Assembly: GCA_043228905.1 (NCBI GenBank)
Contig: JBHGNT010000018.1
Span: 5,704,001-5,768,000 of the forward strand
Source: Azolla caroliniana
Lineage: Eukaryota > Plantae > Polypodiophyta
Length of the DNA stretch: 64,000 nucleotides
Reading direction: 5' to 3'
Within the stretch, counting starts at the first letter, position 1, and each line of letters starts with the position of its first letter. Under the pieces are notes generated by a model, which saw only the letters and a program-made list of their open reading frames with translations, had not been told where the DNA came from and made no database searches. Below are positions 24,501 to 35,242 of this stretch, one piece after another. Made by a program: the position numbers and the translations under genes.

Positions 24501-27500
24501 ACGCTTTTTGGGATCTACATTGATGAGATCACATATTTTATTGCTCGTGAGGGAGGCACCGGAGTGGTCCTTGGGGATACACAGGTTCGTATCTTGCTTT
24601 ATGCGGATGACATAGTTTTACTCTCTGAATCCGAACACGACCTACAGAGGCACCTTAATGCCTTAGATGACTTTTGTGTACAACGAGGATTGGTAGTGAA
24701 TCTAGGGAAAACGAAAGTCCTTATCTTCCACACATCGGCCCAAGTTAGAGCTAAGTGTCACCTAACTATCTCCCATAGCCTAGTCGAGGTGGTTGGATCA
24801 TACGTTTATCTCGGAGTCACTTTTAGTGCCCGCTCAGGTAAATTTTCGATGACACAGGCAGCGAAGGATAGACTCACGAGAGGACATGCATCCCTCTCAC
24901 TCCTAGAGAGACAATGCCACCAAGCACACTTTCAAGAGCCACGGACTAAAGGGTGGCTCTTTGACTCATTAGTGACCCCCTCCCTCATGTATGCATCAAC
25001 GGTTTGGGCTCCAGGATTACCATCTTTCATGTGGACGCAATTAGAGAGACCATTGGTGATGATGCTATCACGCCAACTCCGAAGCAAATCGACTGTACCA
25101 CATGACATTATTAGGGTTGAGTTCACGTTAGCCCCAATGTTAGTAGAGGCACTTTTTCAACTTGTAGTCTTCATTCATAGGATACATAGCCAACCACATG
25201 ATAGAATATCTCATCAAGCCTTTAAGGCCTCTCGATCATTGTATGAGTCCGGCTATACTAGCTCATGGTATGGCATGATGGTGAGTTGGCTTCTTGCGAA
25301 TGGTCTAGACATTAATAACCTACCTCCCCTTAGGTACAACCACACGAGTGATAACACTTTAATCTCTCATGAGGACCGCAATAAAGTAATACGCCAAGAA
25401 ATATGGCAAATTTACACTCGGTGTAAATGGATCACCCCACTAGAGCCACTCCTATCTAAAATGTTGTACTATAAGAAACACTTCATGCACTTCTTTGAGT
25501 TAGGTTTTATCACCCGACCAAAATATCTAGATGTATTCTTACCACATGCACTAAGGGTTGCCATTGGACAACTTAGAATATCATCTCACCAACTTGAGAT
25601 TGAGAATGGTCGTACTAGTGGAGTCCCTAGGGAGGAAAGGATATGTAGGTTATGTCACATAGAAATAGAGGATGAGTACCACTTTACATGCAAGTGTCCA
25701 ACCTATGCCGAGATAAGGGCAAAATACCAAGACATACTTGGTTCGTCTCCCATCCTTCCCAAACTATTAGATACTCTAGATATAAAGAAATTAGGCAAAT
25801 ACATTCTAGAGCTAAAACAACACAGAGAGAATAAGTTACAAAATGTTGACAATAATGTTGCTAATGATCACGAACATGTAACAAATGAAGTTTTTTAGGA
25901 ACCTGAGGAGACAACGAATGCCGACACACTTGCACCACTCGGCCTTTCCATTGATGAGGCAGAAAACCAGAGAAGAACCAGACGTCCTCAGGTGCCGGGT
26001 TTCAAAGCAACTCGACGTGATGTGGAAGCAATATTGAAAATAAGGGAATGTGAGCTACACCGCCTAGAAGCCATGGCTAGGGCACTCTCTAAATTGGAAC
26101 CCACATCAAGACCCTTTGACCCCCCACTTCTTTTCGAGAGGCTTGGGTGGAAATAAAATTAGGCTTAGTGTATAGTCACTTTCGAGTATACTACATATTG
26201 TACACTACTAAAACTCTTTTAGTTTAAGTTCTATTTTTTACTTTATTTTATTTTAGGTATGATGACTGGATAAATACTCTTTTGTTGTAAACCAATTGTC
26301 TCATGGGCCAAATTTGGCCTTAGAAGACGTTAATATATCTTTCTTTCTTTCTTTCTTTCTATACAACAGTTACAACAATATGACAACAACACAATCACAC
26401 ACTAAAGTGATTTCCCTAAGTCATATTTATAGTTATATGAAATTAGGGCTATTTACAAATATAGCCTCAATGGGCTTATTCAAGACATATTTACAAATCT
26501 GTCTTCTCTTTCGGTTCTCATCGGGTCCACCGATCCGGTTTCCGGATCTCTTCTGGTTCTCATCGGGTCTCCTCCGGTTTCCGGATCTCTTCTAGTTCTC
26601 ACCGGGTTCTCTTTATTCATCACTGGATCCCATCCGGAGAGACCGATTTCCCAACATATGTTATTTTATATATCCATCTGCAGTCGATTGCTTCCTTATG
26701 TGGAGAACGAGGGATGAGATCCCATGTCTCGTTCTTGCATAACGCCCACATCTCCTTGTTCATTGCTTCGATCCATCGTGGATCCTTAGCTGCATTGGAC
26801 AATGTTTCTGGTTCTCGAACTATCGCCACCTTCATCATAAAGGCATAGTGATATGCCATATAGTCGTCGTAGCTGAATCAGCTGACAAGGTTTCTCTCTC
26901 TCGTGGAGCGATGGAGTTTCTCGTTGGTAGTGGTAATAGCTTTCTTTACACCATTCGTCCGGATCATTGAAGTATGAAGGTCGTCGAGGTCACTATCGAG
27001 TGAGTGTGTCGACTCATTGTTGATTGGGTCCTCGTACTTTGGCATTTTGGCTTTCCCTTTATCTAGCTTCGGACTCGATCGAGATGTGCTTTGATCACTT
27101 GGAGGCTCTTGAAGTCCACTAAGTTTGGTCGTAATTGGATTTTCTTCCCTTTATCTAGTTTCGAACTCGATCGAGATGTGCTTTGATCGCTTAGCGGCTC
27201 TTGAGGTCCACTCAAATTGGTCGTTATTGGATTTTCTTCAAACATGTGCCTGAGTCGATCTTCGTCTTCTATCTCTTGGTCGGTCGAGTGTGGGTCGACT
27301 AAGGTTGAAGTTGGAGTTGTCTCTGGTTTGTACCAGGATGCCGATTCGTTGAAGACGACGTCCCAACTCACTCGAACTTTTTGGGTAGATGGATTGTAAT
27401 ATTTGTACCCTATTTGTTCAAGTGAGTACATTACGGGGATACATTTCTCCGACTTGGGATCGAGCTTTTGTCGCTTCTCATCGGGAATATGTACATAAGC

Positions 27501-30085
27501 GATTGAGTTGAATATCCTGACATGGGATAAATCCGGCTTCTTCCCAAAAAAAATCTTGTGGGGTGTGACATCGTGCACTCCTAAGGCGGTGCACCGATTC
27601 ATAAGGTAAACGGTTCTGTTTGCCACTTTTGCCTAGTACGACTTTGGCAGGTTCTTCTCGTTCATCATTGCTCTTTCCACCTCTAATATGTGCTAATTCT
27701 TGCGTTCGACTACTCTATTTTGTTGAGGTGTGTCGACATGAGAACTCTCGTCGAATTCATTCCTTTCGGAGATAAGCTTTGAATTCAACCGAGAAGTACT
27801 ATTTACCCCCATCTGATTGAAGGCATTGGACATGCTAACTTGTGGCTTTTTCAACTTCATTCTTAAATTTTTGGAATCCGAACACTTTGTTCTTCTGCCG
27901 AATGGGGTAGATTTAGGTGTGCCTGGAGAAGTCGTTGATGAACGTGACATAATATTGGCATTCGCCGAATGTGGTTGTTTGTGCTGGTCCCCAAACGTCA
28001 GGGTGGACTACGTCCAAGACTCCTTTGTTCACATTCCTCTTTGTTGGGAATGGAAGTCGTCGTCGTTTGTTGTTGCTGAACTAGCACGCCTCACATATGT
28101 TAATGCTCTCTCTTCCTATAAAATTTGGGAGTTCGATGATGACTCCTTTTGATTGCATGTTTTGGAGCTTCTAGAGATTGATGTGGCCGATTATCTTGTG
28201 CCACAATTTCAAGTCGGTTTCAACTTTGAGGCCTTTGCAAACATGGTCGACTTCACCTCGTTTGACTTGAGGATGAACATTCGGCCTTCTTGTTGACCAT
28301 GAGCTACGAGTCAACCTCTTTTTCAATGAAGCACCCTTCATTGTTGAACTGCACTTGCATGCTTTGTTCTACTATCTAATCGACTGAAATAAATTTTTTC
28401 ATGATGGTTGGAACATGCAAAACGCTCTTAAGGTAGGTTTGTTTGCCATCGTTCTTGAATGGAATATTTCCGACATGCCAAATGGGGTGAGTAGTGTCAT
28501 CCCCAGTTTCGACATAGTTGGGTTGATCAAGCTTCCTCAACTCTTGGAACCAATCTTCGTGAGATGTCATGTGATTGGATGCTCCAGAGTCAACAAACCA
28601 TACATTGTTTGAGGAAGAGGTGTTGGTTGAACCCTGTGCCGACATTGAGTGTGCTTTATGCCTCATTATAGCCATTCCGCCATGGTCGTCATAATCGGAA
28701 TTTGTGGCATAGTTCGTGAGTTGTCAACTGGTTGAAGCCGACTCTAGTTTCTTCTTTCGACACTCCTCTTCGTAGAGGCCGAGTTTTCCATAGTACCTGC
28801 ATTCGTAGTGTCATCCCCAGTTTCGACATAGTCGGGTCGATCAGGCTTCCTCAACTCTTGGAACCAATCTTCGTGAGACGTCATGTGATTGGATGCTCCA
28901 GAGTCAACAAACCATACATTGTCTGAGGAAGAGGTGTTGGTTGAACCCTGTGCTGACATCGAGTGTGCTTTATGCCTCATTACAGCCATTCCGCCATAGT
29001 CGTCATAATCGGAATTTGTGGCATAGTTCGTGAGTTGTTAGCTGGTTGAAGCTGACTCTAGTTTCTTCTTTCGACACTCCTCTTCGTAGTGGCTGAGTTT
29101 TCCATAGTACCTGCATTCGATTGGGTTGTTTTGGTGGCTTGGTCTGGTAGGATGGCTCCCCCTTCTACCGAACTCCCTAGGAGTGTTCCTGGCCTTCTAC
29201 CAAAGATGGGAATTGTGTTCTCAGGTTGACTAACTCTATCGACCTCTGTTTCCTCAGCCGAATCCTCTTCCGTCATTCGACTAAGAGTAGAGAATCTGAC
29301 CATCGGGCGCATTGCTCCTTTATCGAACGTGATTTTCTTCGACCAACAGTATCGACTGAAGGTCGAAAAAGGAGGGAGGATTCTCCCTTGCAAGAATAGT
29401 CGATTTGATCGTGTTGAATCGTGGTGCTAAGCCGTCAAGACATATTTGCACCATTTCATCGTCGTCGATGATGACATTAATCGATCGGAGGGCATCGCAC
29501 AGCTCCTTGATCTTCAAGGTATAGCTGGTGATCGACATATCCCTCTGTTGTATATTGTTGAACTCTTGTTGGAGTTGAAGCTTGTGTGCGGCCGTGTTGG
29601 TAGTGAAAACCCTCTTGAGGTTGCCCCAAGCTTCTTTTGGCTTTTTGCCTCTTTGATGTGGCTGAGCATGTGATGATGGGCGCATGATGCAAGGCAATAC
29701 AACATGTGACTTGCTGCTTGCTCCTAAGTTGGGTGGTCGGCATGTGTTGGGTTAATTTTTGTGTGCTCCTTTGACGTAAGTCCAATAGCCTTGACCGACA
29801 AGGTATTGGTGCATCTTGTACTCCTAGGATGCAAAGTTGTTTATGTCAAGTTTCTCTGTAGGAAGAGCTTCCCATCTGAGTGTTCATGTTGAACTTCTTC
29901 TTCTTCTCTATGTCAATACAAACTGTGCAGGTTGTTGCTATAGAGATAAACCGGTTATTCTTGAAAATGAGCTTAGGAAGGCAATGGGCTTGGATCAAGC
30001 TACCATGCGCTCGGATACCATGTAAAGCATCGGATATGATTCTATGCAATGAAATGTGCATGTGTGTGTGTGAAACAAAAGGAAG

Positions 30086-30131
<46 letters not shown>

Positions 30132-33100
30132 TTAGCCCAATGGATGTAGCTCAGTTGGTAAGGTTGCCCAATGGAGACTAGGTGATCATTGGTTCAACCC
30201 TTACATTCCACAGTGGCATCTAGTGAATTAAGAGATATATATATATATATATAGAGAGAGAGAGCTTAGCCCAATGGATGTAGCTCAGTTGGTAAGGTTG
30301 CCCAATGGAGACTAGGTGATCATTGGTTCAACCCTTACATTCCACAGTGGCATCTAGTGAATTAAGAGATATATAAGAAGTATATAATAGAGAGGTAAGG
30401 AAGTTGGGTTTCGAACCCACAACATAATGCTTGTAGTGCTAACAACTTACCACTAGGGTAAGGTAATTACAATAAAGAGAGAGAGAACTTAGAGACAAAG
30501 AACAAGAAGTTGTATTAGACAAGAATGAAATACATCCAACAATAACTTGGTTACAAAGGGTTGGTTTAAGTACCAACTAACCTTCCTACTATTTACAAGA
30601 CTAGCCTACTGTGTCCACTGCTAGTGTGAAAGCCATTTCATTGGGAAGTTGGGTTTGATTCTCAACAAAAGTCAATACTGATGTGTCATATTCGTGCTCC
30701 ATGATACACTAGAAATCAATATCCTAATTGTATCATCAGTTTTGCCTTCATACATGCATGCATGTCAATTTGTTTCTTTAAACTGAGATTGTGATTATAA
30801 CATGTTTGACAAAACCGGCAATAGGAAAAGGACTCGAACACTCACACGCATGCCCTAACAGCTAGCCTTTTGTAACAATCTTGGACCGATGATTTATTTC
30901 TCTCATGAACTAAAAACACCGACTTGAGCTGCAAATACGAGCCACATTCCACGAATTCAAATTGAGAAGTTAAAGAGTTGCAAACACTTGGACATACCAT
31001 CAATTGATCCAAATTTCTACAAATGAACAAGTCGGGAATCGAAACTAAAAAGAGACAAGCTTCCTCTGAGGTGAATGTAGATGATATCAGGTTGCAACTC
31101 GCAAGTTGAAGTCATCATAAGGAACAATTTCCGCAACATACTTATGACAAATGAAGTAGCGAGAGGTCTATCCCTTATCGACATAAGATAAATATCGAGT
31201 CGAAAGCAAATGAATGGTAGGATTTCCACCATCAGCATGGTTAGGATGATGGGGCTGTTTCGATGCATACATACACATGCACACATTATATTTATAACAT
31301 GATATGTATATGAACTCATGACCTACTCTATATTTGAACCTAGATCATCATTTACTAGCTGTTTCAATGCATACACACACATGCACACATTATATTTATA
31401 ACATGATATGTATCTGAACTCATGACCTACTCTATATTTGAACCTAGATCATTATTTACTGCTAGGCATATTATGTTGGCAGCACATTTGCAAACATAAC
31501 TTGTTTTATGTTATTGCAACCCAAAGTTGCTTTCAAAACTTTGGTCAGAGTCTTAGCCGAACATTTTCACTCCTACACCTAAATTGTGATCTAGTGCAAC
31601 CTTTGCCCATAGATTGTCTCCTCTGTATCTACAAATCGTTTCAATGCTCAAACAAGAATTTCTTATTTTTTAGTACCCAACTATCATATAGAGATAGGTT
31701 GTTGCTGATCGCAAAGGATGTACCTTTAAAGTTTGCTTCACTTGACGAGGCTGCATCGGATTAAAAGCTTGTTGATCAATCAGGAAATCGGGTTTCTTGA
31801 CATATCCACTCCCTCCGTTTGCTCTAAATAAACCATGAAGTAACCAAAGTGGTTTTCCACACCCCTGAAATACATTAAACAAAAGCAGTAGCCTCAAATT
31901 ATCTTCAATCAATATATTAAAATGATTGAGAAGAAAAATGAGCTTAACTAGAACCATTGCAGACCTGCATGTTCAAAGCCACCATTTGTGCACCATGTGA
32001 CAATGCATCCATTGGGCAATAGTTTGATGAGTTCACACGGATGCCTTTTGGGTATATCCTAAGTAGGTTCTTCCTGGTAAACCTGAAGCAAATGATATAC
32101 AAATCACATTCTGAATGCATGATATTCATGGCATTTGTCCACTTACTACATACCCCACAACTGCATCTGGATGTCTTTTGGCTACTTTGGAAAGCTCGGC
32201 TTCACTCAGGCTAACCCTTTTTACATGAGGTTCTGGTGCAAGAGCATCCTTCAAAGATACACCTCGACGTTTTCCGGCTCGGATTGCAATCATATCTCTA
32301 TATTCAGGAGGTTCTATGTCTGGAGAGTTTATGCCCTCATCGGAACAATCAAGGGGTCCAGAAAATGTCACCGATGAATCCTCTTGTTCGTTGTCAGGAT
32401 TTTCTGCCGTTTCATCACTGTCCGATAAGTTGTCTTGTTCAACTTGTATACTTGAGCTCACTTTGACATTTTGCACTCTTTCAAGATACTGTTTTGGTGG
32501 TTTTGTTGAAATTATGATCTTCTCCATCAGTGACTCTGGTGATGGAAACTCTTCTAGACCCTCATGTGACTGGGGAGGACAGTAAAGAACCTTCCCAAGG
32601 ACCTGATGAACGATCTGCAAGACAGTCCAAAAACCTTAATGCCCTTAATATCACGTCTCTCCATAGAAATTCAACAGTTTCTTTCATGCCAAAACAGTCC
32701 CATGTTTCTTTCTTCCTAAAGTATGTGGATAATGTGTGTGCATATATCAAACAACTATTTGACCATCCAGGAGCTTAGTCCTTGGTACATCTTTCTCATA
32801 GCACTTAACAATGCGTCCACCCAGCATAGTTTACATGCAATGGACAAGCATTCCCAAAAGCCTTGTCCTGGAGCAGGGTTATTTGTATCAGAGGAACTAC
32901 TTCACCACCCTAAATTAACCTAGTTCTACACAAAGTTATCTTTGTACCACTTAATCATGTTTCCTCCAAGCATCATACATGGTCTGAGATGGCTTTTCAC
33001 TGTCCATGAGTGATGATGTTCTACACCCCTCTGCCGAAAGGCTCGCAAAAGGCCTGCCATCACCATGGAAACACCTCAGGCAGACCATCGACGGTCTCTG

Positions 33101-34529
33101 GGTTCAGATTCGCTAGACCCAACCCTCAGAGCTAATCCTTTTCCCGAAATTACAGATCCATTTCCATACCTGGATTGTTCTATCAACCAGGGGCTGTTTC
33201 CATGCGTTGTTGACAAGCATTTACAGACAGATCCTTTCATTTGTATATACATGTTCATGCCCTTACTGAACTAGGGAACGACATAAACGACCGCATGCAT
33301 ATAAAGCTATTCAAATATAATGAAAGGAACTATGTACCTTTGCTGCTTTTGCTTGTAGGGAAGATGTTAGATGGTCCTCAAAAGTGATGACCACGGGATA
33401 CTTGCTCTTAACGAAAGAGTAGTCCTTCAAAGCATGGATACACTCTTTGAAATCCACAGGTGGAGTTAAAGTTCTGATCGACACAATAGGTAACCACATC
33501 AAGGCATGGATAATGATTAGATGGTTAGAAACAATGTTGTTATGAGCATACACATAACCCTTAGGAGTCATTTGGTCATAAGGGTAGCTGGTCCTTTATA
33601 TACTATGAACCCTGATCTTTATCCAGACCATAGTTATGTTACAGGCTTGATTTAGCCACATAGCCATCCATAACCTAATGGATTAATCTTTATCACACAA
33701 GGATAGGTGCTCACACTTTATGTACCATGAAATTAACCCTGGATATTTGCGTCCCGACCATAGCTATCCAGGCATACATTATATGTCTACCCATCTCACT
33801 GTCCATGAAGTGATTAAACTCAAGCCTATTGACTCTGAAAGGTCATGTTTATGTTTCATAAAAAGACTTGAAAGCGTTATGGAAATGCAAAACCATGGGC
33901 TGCTTTTTAATCATACCTTCCATGCTTCACATGGATGCCATCTTTCCTGGAATTTGGCCACAAATCCAACTCGATAACTCGGACACCTCTCTTCAGAGCG
34001 TCAATAATGGGTTGAATACTACACTTACTGTTTAACTGATTACCAGTAAGGTAAGAATTATGCCCCGTAAAGATATAGTAGTGTGACATGGGGAGAGTCA
34101 TATCATGGTGCACCTGTATCAACATGTATACATACGTTTCAATGTTATATTGACACATCCACATCGGTGTATTAATAAGATGTGTTTAGATTTTAAAGCA
34201 AAACCTGCTCCTACCTTGCCATGTATAGGTGGATTGAGGTTCTCATCGAAGAGGTATCCGAAGAAGTCATCAAAGGAAAACAATGGTGTTTGCTTGATCT
34301 TCTGCTTCAGATTGAAAACCCTATCCACGAGGTTTTGAACTTGCGACTCCGAATCGGGAATACTTTCACACTGAACCTCAGCCAAGAACTTCTCCAAATG
34401 GCTTGCCGTCATATGCGACTCGTTTTGGGAGTACTTTCTGAAGAGCTCTACCACTTCAGCGGGAGGCGAGTGGTCTTCTTCGAACTGGTGACATGATAGA
34501 CATGAAATGCAGCTCTTCAATGCTAGCAT
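8703..34529 (-). CDS. PLC: Phosphoinositide-specific phospholipase C (EF-hand-like, X, Y, C2 domains), 8 exons: complement(join(8703..8993,9242..9328,31724..31864,31965..32082,32154..32614,33338..33473,33917..34113,34215..34529)), about 581 aa
   Basis: X-domain motifs [38 protein letters not shown]|RTLT and [10 protein letters not shown]; Y-domain [24 protein letters not shown] and [11 protein letters not shown]; C2 [31 protein letters not shown] and [23 protein letters not shown]. Both catalytic histidines are present. GT-AG introns keep phase (1746 nt, no internal stop). Confidence 0.95.
11438..11640 (+). repeat. About four tandem 54-bp CCGG-rich units in U3 of the C 5' LTR (also at about 16202-16410)
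   Basis: Unit gagtacccggctacggagagccggatggtgcagacccggtgagaaccggatgag; it produces the spurious 18-aa repeats in the ORF track. Confidence 0.9.
12135..16134 (+). pseudogene. gag-pol of Copia C with multiple premature stops and a gag deletion
   Basis: CFYCGKTRH knuckle, [10 protein letters not shown] protease, [10 protein letters not shown] and DNGGEY integrase, [10 protein letters not shown] and [22 protein letters not shown] RNase H, in Copia domain order. Confidence 0.93.
19677..20544. repeat. Tandem duplication of about 434 bp inside the gag of Copia B
   Basis: tagttcttctggaagtg occurs at about 19679 and 20113; ORFs 19768-20064 and 20202-20498 are duplicates offset by 434. Confidence 0.9.
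21608..22419 (+). pseudogene. LINE ORF1 (coiled coil plus RRM/CTD-like), one frameshift near 21770 and a stop at 22378
   Basis: E/K-rich heptad region, then [16 protein letters not shown]...RALVLQF and IYLDEDL, which resemble L1-type ORF1 RRM/CTD motifs. Confidence 0.75.
22426..26156 (+). pseudogene. LINE ORF2: AP endonuclease, reverse transcriptase, CCHC knuckle and C-terminal tail. Stops at 22627 and 25896, frameshift near 23230
   Basis: EN motifs WNCNG, LVETH, GGVAIL, GDFNART, IVDYLI and DHSFL; RT motifs [33 protein letters not shown] and YVYLGV; then [14 protein letters not shown]...ICRLC...[10 protein letters not shown]. Confidence 0.93.
28491..29118. repeat. Tandem duplication of about 314 bp across the gag knuckle/protease of Copia A; a further duplication of about 92 bp lies at about 27053-27238
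   Basis: gtagtgtcatccccagtttcgacatag at 28491 and 28805; duplicated [18 protein letters not shown] ORFs. Confidence 0.88.
30131..30374 (+). mobile_element. Two identical tandem tRNA-derived SINE-like units (period 134 bp) in the (GA)n tract of A's 5' LTR
   Basis: A box TAGCTCAGTTGG and B box GGTTCAACCC at tRNA-like spacing, a short unique tail, then (AT)n; absent from A's 3' LTR. Confidence 0.7.
30385..30476 (-). mobile_element. Different tRNA-derived SINE-like unit in the opposite orientation
   Basis: The minus strand reads TACCCTAGTGGTAAG (degenerate A box) then GGGTTCGAAACCC (B box), followed by an AT-rich tail. Confidence 0.55.
31263..31462. repeat. Tandem duplication of about 104 bp in PLC intron 6
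   Basis: atgcacacattatatttataacatgatatgtat...gaacctagatcat is repeated twice. Confidence 0.85.
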
Positions 34530-34532
34530 TTT

Positions 34533-34600
34533 GACTCACTCACTCACTCAATCAATCAATCAATCAATCAATCTGTCAATCAATCAATCAATCAATCAAT
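34533..34600. repeat. Compound tetranucleotide microsatellite (CTCA)n(ATCA)n immediately 5' of the PLC ATG
   Basis: Directly visible; begins 4 bp from the start codon. Confidence 0.9.
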
Positions 34601-34812
34601 GAACCACTCCAATGTTAAGTTCGTATATATATACATAAATAATCTGCTCTTTCTCTGCAATATCATTACTCAGTTTCTGGCTAATCTCTCTTCTGTTATT
34701 ACTAAACTTTCCTTAATACTATGCAAGGGTCCATAACCAAATGCCCTCTTCTTTCTCCTAGCTAGCAAGGAATGATACTCTGTCTGATCGTTTCCTCTCT
34801 GCATCCTGTCGG

Positions 34813-34872
34813 AGGAGGACCTTGTTTCATTAACCCACACAAACAAGACACAACAGTGTCCACGTTCTGTCG

Positions 34873-34907
<35 letters not shown>

Positions 34908-35202
34908 CTTGAATTGGTCAAAAGACTTTCGTTGTGGGTCATTTGTCAACGTCTCCACTTGGGTTGAGGAGGGCCGGGCCCCGGAGTTGACCTTGGAACA
35001 ATCCACCCAACTGAACTAGAATTTATGAAAAGCTTAGGGGAGTTGGGGACAAATAGAGAAAAGTTTATGTGGGGGGGCCTCGTCTCAACAAAAAAGAGAA
35101 GTGGCCTTCCACTAAGTGGCGAAAGGCTTCGGGCCATTCGGGAGAGGACCTTGTTTTATTAACACACACAAACAAGGCACAACAGTGCCCACATTCAATT
35201 GT

Positions 35203-35242
<40 letters not shown>

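Larger units (their letters stand above)
21162..26360 (+). mobile_element. Full-length APE-type non-LTR retrotransposon, RTE-X-like rather than typical plant L1, inserted in the (CT)n tract of B's 5' LTR; 3' tail (TTTC)n
   Basis: Flanks match the uninterrupted 3' LTR of B (tgtatctctctctc|tatacaacagttac). (GCCGTC)n-rich 5' UTR, two ORFs, and a simple-repeat tail instead of poly(A). The clade call is inferred from motif style. Confidence 0.9.
10296..26656 (-). mobile_element. Copia B (Tnt1/Tork-like) nested in the RT of A. 3' LTR 10296-10828, 5' LTR 20876-26656 (split by the LINE), TSD TATGT
   Basis: TATGT at 10291-10295 and 26657-26661; removing B restores A's RT frame CRWIYKIT|YNVDGS. PBS at 20861-20872 and PPT at about 10829-10845. 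Frameshifted gag-PR-INT-RT-RH remnants at about 10850-20846. Confidence 0.92.
9381..30667 (-). mobile_element. Ty1/Copia LTR retrotransposon A (outermost, degenerate). 3' LTR 9381-9680, 5' LTR 30021-30667, TSD AAAGT
   Basis: Matching LTRs ending ...attctcaaca; AAAGT at 9376-9380 and 30668-30672; PBS TGGTATCCGAGC (30009-30020, minus); PPT-like tract 9681-9690. Remnants of gag ([12 protein letters not shown]), protease ([12 protein letters not shown]), integrase, RT ([12 protein letters not shown]) and RNase H ([22 protein letters not shown]); much of RT is deleted. Confidence 0.92.
9329..31723 (-). other. PLC intron 6, 22,395 bp, about 21.3 kb of it nested transposons
   Basis: Donor AAG|GTACAT at 31723 and acceptor CCCTTGCAG| at 9329. 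Phase-0 join QTLK|VKLYQG restores the Y-to-C2 junction. Confidence 0.9.

Noticed and set aside
30140-30340. Functional tRNA genes
   Set aside because: A and B boxes are present but the D, anticodon and T stems do not pair properly; treated as SINE-like.
32760-33290. Possible old LINE fragment or ncRNA in PLC intron 3
   Set aside because: Only a weak FWEC-like hint and no convincing motif or structure.
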